64,000 bases of DNA from an uncultured Nitrososphaeria archaeon (GTDB taxonomy: Archaea; Thermoproteota; Nitrososphaeria_A; Caldarchaeales; Wolframiiraptoraceae), in the NCBI GenBank assembly GCA_964655015.1, contig CAZZKR010000011.1, positions 21,444 through 85,443 of the forward strand, in the 5' to 3' direction. Shown here piece by piece: positions 57,315 to 64,000 of this stretch (position 1 is the stretch's first letter; every line of letters starts with the position of its first letter). The notes under the pieces are model-generated. The model saw nothing but the letters and a program-made list of their open reading frames with translations, was not told where the DNA came from and searched no databases. The position numbers and the translations under genes are program-made.

Positions 57315-58031
57315 TCACAACCCGAGACTTTTCATTATATTGTTAAAATTTTCGTCTGAAATATGCCTCTTATACGTTTTCACAACATGTATGTCGTGCG
57401 CCTTTATTCCTAAAATTTGTCTGATAGTTGATGCAACTTTACCGTACATTATATAGCTGAAGAATGACGTAACGTTCGACACCCTCCTAGTAGTGCTAGC
57501 ATTGCTGAAATCTATAATAACGGGCTTAAGCCCCTCATCGATTATCACATGCTTGGACGCATCAGAAAGCTCACCATGGTCTAGACCTATGCAGTCAAGT
57601 TTGTAACAGTCTTCGAAACATGCCCTAAGGACCTTTCTTAACTTTTCAGAAGATTTGATATCCAAAGAAGAAATCCATGAGCTTATCTCAGAACCATGAA
57701 TATACTCCATAATTATAAAATCCCTTGTGTAAGAAAAAATACGGGGTCCGACGTTAACGCTATTGGCAATCTTAAGCATTCTTGCCTCATATTCCATAGA
57801 TTTAGCGGGCGAATCGCTTCTCCGCATTTTTATAGCAACTAGCTTACCTTCTGATGTACCAACAAGGACTATGCTCCTGAAACCCTTTCCAGCAAGTAGC
57901 AGTCCGTTTTCAGTCACCATTAACGAGTCTATGCCTAAAGATTCTAACATTTTGACCCTTTTCATACTTTCTTCCAAATTGCACGAAGGATAATGTAAAA
58001 TAGATATAAAATGAATATGTTCTCTGACCAA
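57315..58031 (-). CDS. atypical Ser/Thr protein kinase-like protein (COG2112-type)
   Basis: LVAIKMRR (VAIK Lys), HGELS (catalytic loop) and IIDFS (DFG-like). Confidence 0.55.
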   Translation of the reverse strand: MVREHIHFISILHYPSCNLEESMKRVKMLESLGIDSLMVTENGLLLAGKGFRSIVLVGTSEGKLVAIKMRRSDSPAKSMEYEARMLKIANSVNVGPRIFSYTRDFIIMEYIHGSEISSWISSLDIKSSEKLRKVLRACFEDCYKLDCIGLDHGELSDASKHVIIDEGLKPVIIDFSNASTTRRVSNVTSFFSYIMYGKVASTIRQILGIKAHDIHVVKTYKRHISDENFNNIMKSLGL

Positions 58032-58042
58032 TTGTTCTAGAC

Positions 58043-59464
58043 TTATTGGATGTGCTTGGCTAAGAATGATGGCCTCGCCTCCAAGAATTCAAAAAGAAAC
58101 TTACGAAAACTAATATTTTTTGAAGCAAGTTTAGCAAGCTCCTCATTAGATTTGCATATCTTGGCATGCTTAACGGCCTCCATAAGTCCGGCCGATACGC
58201 TTACGTCACCCTTTGCCAACCTCATCTTAATTATATCTTTTACCGAAGTCTTAGTTCTTGATTTAAGCACGTAAAGTCTCAAGCCGTTAACCCATGGACC
58301 AGCAACCGTATCTTGTGCTCCGGAGTGCTTTTTGATGAAATCCAATGCATTAGGGAGATACGTTGGTGGACCGTGATGAACGTAGCAGGCAGGCAAATTT
58401 AATTCTTGAAGTTCAAAAAGCATGATGCATGTGTTACCTTCAGACCATGCATCATATCTGAACGTCTTAAAGCCTTCGTATTCTAAAGCCCTACAAATTC
58501 CCTTTAGCGTATGTTTTATCTCACCCCAAAGAACATCTGGTGGTTTCTGCTGGACTTTCAACTTCAGCCCTAGTATACATCTGCCCCTTAGCGCTCTCCT
58601 TATTTCCGTCATCGTTATGTGTCCATCGGTGCGCTCGGGAGTGTAAAAAAACTTCTCACTCGGTGAATCGAAAAACAATTTCGATGCAAGAATGAATTCT
58701 GACAACTTTGTATCGGTTACAGCAGCAGCAACGTTTCTTTTTTTGTCAACAGGATCGATAACTAAGATGTGCGGTCTACCAAAAACCTCTAAAGCCTCCC
58801 TTTTATCGGCATAATGTCCCTCTATGTCTACATATATAGGAGGTCTCCAATTTGAAACGGCTTTGATAGCGTTGAAGAAGCTACCATAATTTATCGTGAG
58901 AAGTTCTGCGAGGTAGCCGCTGAAACCACCAATTCTTATCTCTGCTCCGTAGACACCGCAACCAAGCATGAACGACTTCATCAATCTAATTTCGTCAGCG
59001 AGCGCTCCAGTAAGTTTTGATTTGATGTATTCTGTATGATAAGGTGTTCTATCAACGGCACTCAACCACATACCGTGCTCAACTTTATAGCATGCAACAA
59101 TGTTAACCCTCACACCATTGACTGTTCCCTCCACGTAAGGATGCTCAGCATACCTGACCTCCGTTTTTCCACCAAACTTCTTAATAACAGCGTTACCTAT
59201 CTCTAGGATTGTCCTCTCTAACTTGTCCTTATTTACATCTTTCGAGAACTGAACGAATACATCCACTTCCTCCCTGCCTCTTATCCATGTTCCTTTTGCC
59301 ACCGAACCTTCGAGTCTAGCGTCAAGTATTCCTTCATAATTTTTTGATACGTCCTTTACGGCATTCAGTAATTCATTAGCTAGCCGCATAAGCCTCTCTG
59401 ATTCTATGAGTGAAGGTCTTATCTTCTGCAGAACCTCTGCCGTAACTTCCTCTACATTCTTCAA
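58043..59464 (-). CDS. cca: CCA-adding enzyme (class I tRNA nucleotidyltransferase)
   Basis: LEGSVAKGTWIRGREEVDVFV nucleotidyltransferase motif. 473 aa archaeal architecture. Confidence 0.85.
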   Translation of the reverse strand: MKNVEEVTAEVLQKIRPSLIESERLMRLANELLNAVKDVSKNYEGILDARLEGSVAKGTWIRGREEVDVFVQFSKDVNKDKLERTILEIGNAVIKKFGGKTEVRYAEHPYVEGTVNGVRVNIVACYKVEHGMWLSAVDRTPYHTEYIKSKLTGALADEIRLMKSFMLGCGVYGAEIRIGGFSGYLAELLTINYGSFFNAIKAVSNWRPPIYVDIEGHYADKREALEVFGRPHILVIDPVDKKRNVAAAVTDTKLSEFILASKLFFDSPSEKFFYTPERTDGHITMTEIRRALRGRCILGLKLKVQQKPPDVLWGEIKHTLKGICRALEYEGFKTFRYDAWSEGNTCIMLFELQELNLPACYVHHGPPTYLPNALDFIKKHSGAQDTVAGPWVNGLRLYVLKSRTKTSVKDIIKMRLAKGDVSVSAGLMEAVKHAKICKSNEELAKLASKNISFRKFLFEFLEARPSFLAKHIQ

Positions 59465-59467
59465 ACC

Positions 59468-60040
59468 TTATCCACCTTCAACTACCAAGAGGTTGCTGTA
59501 GATGGGGCCTTTTGGTGTCAAGACGCTTCTTTTAAGGAAGAGTTTATCTACAGATTGTACTCCGAAATCTAGATACGCCAAATCTTTGATGAGTGACAGA
59601 AGCTTCGTCTTATCCTTTACAGATTTGACTCTACCTATCGTAAGATGCGGCGTAAATTCTCTCTCCTCAGGTCTGAAACCTATTGGTTCCAACAACTTCA
59701 CGAGTTGTAAGTGTATAGACCTTAACGTATCAGTTGGATCCTCCACACCTACCCATATTACGTTGATTCTTCCACCTCCAGGAAAGTATCCCAAGCCCTT
59801 CAACTTTATGCTAGACTTACTAAATTTTACTTTCTTTACTACGTCCATAACCTGCCGAAGCTTTTGTTCCGTTATCTCTCCTAAGAACCAAAGCGTTAAA
59901 TGAAGGTTATGTGGTTCAACGAACTTAATGTCAGCGCCAGCACTTTCTATTTTAGATTGGACATTCAGTATCTTTTCAACGATTGTAGGGTCGTTTACCT
60001 CAACTGCTATGAAGCATCTGATCAAGTCCTGCAAATTCAT
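59468..60040 (-). CDS. thpR: RNA 2',3'-cyclic phosphodiesterase (2H family, ThpR/LigT)
   Basis: Two HxTx motifs (HLTLWF, HLTIGR). The internal ATG at 60040 is preferred, avoiding overlap with the upstream gene. Confidence 0.8.
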   Translation of the reverse strand: MNLQDLIRCFIAVEVNDPTIVEKILNVQSKIESAGADIKFVEPHNLHLTLWFLGEITEQKLRQVMDVVKKVKFSKSSIKLKGLGYFPGGGRINVIWVGVEDPTDTLRSIHLQLVKLLEPIGFRPEEREFTPHLTIGRVKSVKDKTKLLSLIKDLAYLDFGVQSVDKLFLKRSVLTPKGPIYSNLLVVEGG

Positions 60041-60050
60041 TATGCATACC

Positions 60051-60740
60051 TCACGCCATACTTTCACGCAACTCTATTAATTTATCCGCTAGTAATATAG
60101 CGTTCTCCTTAAGCTTATTTTCTGCGTTATTAACCCAAATAGCCTTTATGGATCCCCTTTCCATTAATAACTTATAGAGCTCTCTCACTTCTTCTTGCAA
60201 GCGTGAATCAAGCTCATAAGAGAGGTCGGCCAAATGTGACCTACTGGATTTTGATAGAACACGTCTTAACCTCACCTCTTCTTCTACGTCAACAATTATA
60301 TAGATGTCTGGCCTAACAAATATATCCTGACCTAAATTCTCAAACAACTTGAGAAGTTTTTCAACATCTTCAAAATTTGTTATCTTTCCATGCCTAGTTT
60401 TTAAGATAGCAATTCCATACACTATTGAGCATAGGTAATATCTGTCTATAAACTCGAAATGTGGCCTAAAATTATCTATCTGCGTTCTTATGAGCTTAGA
60501 ATCGTCGGCTGTGTTAGCGACAAAGAGAAGCATCCTGGTAAACCCATCAACCCCTTGCATGTTTCCGTATTCTAAAGCAAACTTACCAGTTTGAGTATTT
60601 CCTGGCGTCTTATAAGTCTCGACACGGTAGCCTTTTTTTGAGAGTATTTCCTTTACGGCCAACATCAAACTTGTCTTTCCAGAACCATCAGTACCTTCCC
60701 AAACCACGATTAAGGTTTCTTTAGACAAACCGCTCTTCAC
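60051..60740 (-). CDS. thymidylate-kinase-like P-loop kinase (divergent)
   Basis: P-loop WEGTDGSGKTS, LLFVANTADD in place of LLFAADR, and IDRYYLCSIVYG like DRY..S..AYQ. Confidence 0.6.
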   Translation of the reverse strand: MKSGLSKETLIVVWEGTDGSGKTSLMLAVKEILSKKGYRVETYKTPGNTQTGKFALEYGNMQGVDGFTRMLLFVANTADDSKLIRTQIDNFRPHFEFIDRYYLCSIVYGIAILKTRHGKITNFEDVEKLLKLFENLGQDIFVRPDIYIIVDVEEEVRLRRVLSKSSRSHLADLSYELDSRLQEEVRELYKLLMERGSIKAIWVNNAENKLKENAILLADKLIELRESMA

Positions 60741-60871
60741 CGTCTAAACGGGGCCTTTCTTCGCAATCCTCGTACACGCTATATAAGCTTACTTAGCAAA
60801 AAAATTTAATGGGTTGAAAGTTAGAAACATTTATCGAGAACCGCCTTTTAAGACATTGCAGGCGATGGATA

Positions 60872-61063
60872 ATGTCCGAGCAACGTATATTATATGAATG
60901 TGTCTGGTGTAGGAGGATATTCGAGAAGGACAAGTTATCGAAGGTCTCCGAGACGAGATGTCCGTATTGCGGCTTTAATGTCATCAAAAAATCGAAGGCC
61001 GGAAGGACGAAGCTTATAGAAACCTCAAAAATAGATATGGAGAGCAAAGGCCTCATCAGCTAG
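60872..61063 (+). CDS. rpoP: DNA-directed RNA polymerase subunit Rpo12/RpoP-like zinc-ribbon protein
   Basis: YECVWCRRIFEKDKL....TRCPYCGFNVIKK matches the Y.C..C...F......RCPYCG..I pattern. The C-terminal extension is longer than usual. Confidence 0.55.
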   Translation: MSEQRILYECVWCRRIFEKDKLSKVSETRCPYCGFNVIKKSKAGRTKLIETSKIDMESKGLIS

Positions 61064-61743
61064 CTGATGAGGGGGTAAACCTCTTCGAATATACACTGTA
61101 TGAAATCTTCCTCCGGCATCTTAGTAAACGAGGTTACAACACAGTTCCGTGTCAATCCCATCACTGCATTGTTCCTTCTGCTTGTAAAAACTATGTACCA
61201 TATCTTCCCGTGTGCTAGATATTCTTCGTATAGAGGCGAATTCTTGAGCGCATCACCATAAAGCGCAAGCTTGTTCACAGAAGGTATGTCAATGTTGTCA
61301 AAGTATATGACCTTCGTTCCCTCCGGATTTCTTTCATGAAACTCTTGAAGTGTTTCGGGTTTAATGTTTGCCTCCACGATTGCCTTATAAGATAAGAATA
61401 GTAGTTGGCTAAGCATGGATGCTATCGCATTAGCGAAATGCTTCTCTTGAACCACCGTAAGTAGCAATTTATCCTTAAGCTTGCTGAAAATTATCCTAGC
61501 ATCTACAGTCTTCAGTACAGGTCTAAGTTTACCGCGCTGGTTGACGTAGATTAGCTTATCTTTGCTCATTATGCCTGATAAATGTTCACCCTCAATTTTG
61601 AGGTCTCTCACTTCTACTAATAGCTCGAATTCTTCCTCACCCTCTTTCTGAATTTCAACGGATCTATAATCCCTTAATTTATCTGCTAACTCCTCCAAAG
61701 ACGTGTCGACTTTAATCTTGAATATCTTGGCAGCTAGCGGCAT
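61060..61743 (-). CDS. hypothetical protein (227 aa)
   Basis: Long ORF with coding-like composition. No motif recognised. Confidence 0.4.
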   Translation of the reverse strand: MPLAAKIFKIKVDTSLEELADKLRDYRSVEIQKEGEEEFELLVEVRDLKIEGEHLSGIMSKDKLIYVNQRGKLRPVLKTVDARIIFSKLKDKLLLTVVQEKHFANAIASMLSQLLFLSYKAIVEANIKPETLQEFHERNPEGTKVIYFDNIDIPSVNKLALYGDALKNSPLYEEYLAHGKIWYIVFTSRRNNAVMGLTRNCVVTSFTKMPEEDFIQCIFEEVYPLIS

Positions 61744-61899
61744 CGCAAACAGCCGAGAACTTTAAGAATCCATAGCCTATTTTACCTTTAATCATTTGAC
61801 GAGCGCGTGTTTATATTAACGGCTGATTCAATAGGCCGCCTTCATCGTTGTATTTTATGGGTACGTAAAAGAGGACTCTAGAAATTAATCTAGGTAAAC

Positions 61900-62166
61900 C
61901 TAAGGAGTGGTGTACTCTATTAACTTAGCTTCCTTAAGCTTACCGATTAATTCTGAGAGCGCCTCCCTTACTTCCCCTGTATCTCTGTTCACAGCTTCTG
62001 CAATCTCTTTGGTAAGCTCGTCGAATGTCTTACCATCACATACATTCCAAATGTATACGACGATTTCACTTGCAATATAGGCTTCATTGTCTTCATTAAC
62101 TAGTAGTAGTTTTCCTTCTTCATCCCTTAATGCTGTACCCTTCCGGGTTATCCTGATACTTTCCAT
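61900..62166 (-). CDS. PqqD-family (RiPP-recognition-element-like) small protein
   Basis: 88 aa. The pattern LLVNEDNEAYIASEIVVYIWNVCDGKTFDELTKEIAE...VREALSELIGKLKEAKLI is typical of PqqD/RRE domains. Confidence 0.6.
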   Translation of the reverse strand: MESIRITRKGTALRDEEGKLLLVNEDNEAYIASEIVVYIWNVCDGKTFDELTKEIAEAVNRDTGEVREALSELIGKLKEAKLIEYTTP

Positions 62167-62679
62167 GAACTTTCTATAAAATCATACTATTTAAAGCATT
62201 CCTTCCGATTGAATGTACAAAATACCGCACATATGACCTTCTTTTCGAACGATTTTCCCAAAACTAATAGGACATGCCACTAAGAATTTCAATTTCGTGA
62301 AAGTTATGTTATAAAAATTCGAGAAGTGTCCTAATAACTTCCGCCTAGGATGTTAGAAGGGTCCAAGTAAGTTTTGTCTCCTAAAGACACTGGACATTAA
62401 CGTAAAAGTCTTTTTAACGAAAGAAAGCACACTCAAAAGGTCAACACGCTGTGTTGGCCTACTTTAAGAAACGTTTCAATAATGCAGCCAAAGTCTTACC
62501 TGTAAGGTTGACGACCGCCGCATGCCTCATGGTAGGGTGTGCGGAAAGTATGGCATTTATATGTCTAATTGACGAAAAAATTGAACATTTAATTTAAAAA
62601 ACCGGCAAAATGATGCGTATTTTGTATAAATGCTTAATAACAGGCTGCTTTATTGACACAATAACAAAGGGATAGCATC

Positions 62680-63669
62680 ATGGAAAAGCTAACGTTCGCC
62701 GAATTGGAAAAATTGGAGAAGTCCTACCTTCTTGTTAGAACTCCGAAAATGAAGACCGTGCTGAAGGTGCAGGCTGAGATATTTAAGGGAATAAGAGATT
62801 ATTTAGATTCGGAAGGCTTTACGGAACTCCTGCCACCGATAATAGGTCCAGTTACGGATCCGGGCATAAGGGGGGCTAAGCAGGTTACAATAGACTTTTA
62901 CGGCAGAGAGTACAAAGTGATGAGTAGTGCGATACTGTACAAACAGATGATGGCAACGGCTCTAGGAAAAATATACTTCTTCTCACCTAACGTTAGGCTC
63001 GAACCACCTGAAACGGCTTATACTGGTAGGCACCTTGTGGAGTTTGTTCAAGTGGATGTTGAAGAGGCATATGTTGATTATTATGGTGCGATGAAGACGG
63101 CCGAGAGACTATTGGCACACACCCTTGGATATGTTAAGGATACGTGCTCCAGACAACTTGAGGAGCTAGGTAGGGACTTAAAAGTATACAAACCACCATA
63201 TCCTAAGCTAACCTATTCCGAAGCTTTAGAAATACTCGCTAAGAATGGGCATTATATTAAATATGGTGCTGAGATACCTTGGGAAGCGGAAGAACTGTTA
63301 TCGAAGCTGATGTCCGAGCCTTTCTTCATAATGGAATACCCAAAAGGTTCAAGAGGTTTCTACGATATGGAAGACCCTGCGAGACCTGGGATACTTAGGG
63401 ACTTTGACTTGCTTTATCCTGAAGGTTATGGTGAAGCAGTTTCTGGAGCTGAACGTGAATACACTTACGAGAAAGTAATAGAGAGAATGTACGAGAACGG
63501 TGAGGATCCAGCTAAGTATGGTTGGTATCTTGAAATGCTTCGAGAAGGCATAGTGCCTACGTCTGGGTTTGGAATAGGAGTAGAAAGGCTCACTAGATTT
63601 ATATGCGGTCTGAGAACTGTTTGGGAAGCAAGACCTTACCCGAAAGTGGCAGGAATATACTCGCCGTAA
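62680..63669 (+). CDS. AsnRS-related class II core protein lacking an anticodon-binding domain (archaeal asparagine synthetase A-like)
   Basis: Class II catalytic core only (329 aa). Motif 3 GFGIGVERLTRF. Confidence 0.7.
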   Translation: MEKLTFAELEKLEKSYLLVRTPKMKTVLKVQAEIFKGIRDYLDSEGFTELLPPIIGPVTDPGIRGAKQVTIDFYGREYKVMSSAILYKQMMATALGKIYFFSPNVRLEPPETAYTGRHLVEFVQVDVEEAYVDYYGAMKTAERLLAHTLGYVKDTCSRQLEELGRDLKVYKPPYPKLTYSEALEILAKNGHYIKYGAEIPWEAEELLSKLMSEPFFIMEYPKGSRGFYDMEDPARPGILRDFDLLYPEGYGEAVSGAEREYTYEKVIERMYENGEDPAKYGWYLEMLREGIVPTSGFGIGVERLTRFICGLRTVWEARPYPKVAGIYSP

Positions 63670-63717
63670 TGCAAAAAAGTATATTTTATATACTGTGCAA
63701 CCTAACAGTCGACGAGC

Positions 63718-64000
63718 ATGGTATCTGCTACCGAAATCTTAAAGATTAATGCGAGTGAGACCAAAGCATTAATTCTTGAATTTTTAAGGAAATTAATTGA
63801 AGAATCTGGAGCTGATGGTTACGTCTTGGGTCTGAGTGGCGGTGTTGACTCTTCGGTTGTGGCGAAACTTTGTGTTGAAGCTGTTGGACGGAAAAAGGTC
63901 TTAGGTCTTTTTATGCCCTCCGATACGACACCCCAAGAGGACGCGCTGGATGCGGAACGTTTTGCATCTATGCTGGGTATAGAATATGAAGTTATAGACA
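63718..64000 (+). CDS. nadE: NH3-dependent NAD+ synthetase, 5' part (truncated by window end)
   Basis: ATG at 63718. GLSGGVDSS PP-loop motif. Confidence 0.85.
   Translation, partial: MVSATEILKINASETKALILEFLRKLIEESGADGYVLGLSGGVDSSVVAKLCVEAVGRKKVLGLFMPSDTTPQEDALDAERFASMLGIEYEVID

Overview
This window reads as a densely coded, mostly housekeeping chromosomal segment from a TACK-type archaeon. Lineage markers are ribosomal protein eS26, archaeal-type PEP carboxylase, bifunctional FBP aldolase/phosphatase, a Sulfolobus-type zinc ferredoxin, a class I CCA-adding enzyme and intron-containing tRNA genes. A grpE/dnaK/dnaJ locus argues against a classical hyperthermophilic crenarchaeote. I can support about 75 protein-coding genes, three tRNA genes (Lys-CUU, Thr-CGU, Pro-GGG) and one GC-rich SRP (7S) RNA gene. 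There is also a decayed GT2 glycosyltransferase fragment. A cell-envelope and glycosylation block spans roughly 20.9-30.3 kb. I found no CRISPR array, transposase, integrase, prophage block or recognisable defence island. The most interesting signal is small. A stand-alone RAM-domain gene (9171-9429) is split into two reading frames by an insertion that folds into a near-canonical bulge-helix-bulge motif, and excising 25 nt restores a family-typical 77-aa ORF. That makes it a candidate tRNA-endonuclease-spliced intron in an mRNA. It sits in a genome whose tRNA genes carry multiple or non-canonically placed introns. Secondary leads are listed below.
- A radical-SAM-like Gp37/Gp68 protein paired with a DEDD exonuclease.
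- Translationally coupled mptD and DUF1464 genes.
- A GT4, HAD-phosphatase and TM-helix operon.
- A grpE...dnaK locus interrupted by four genes, including a stand-alone LigD phosphoesterase.
- A tmk-like, thpR, cca, kinase and cupin gene string.
- A tandem half-degenerate ThyX-like protein.
- An FBP aldolase/phosphatase with no canonical start codon.
All functional calls come from motif recognition and recalled family features, not from database searches.
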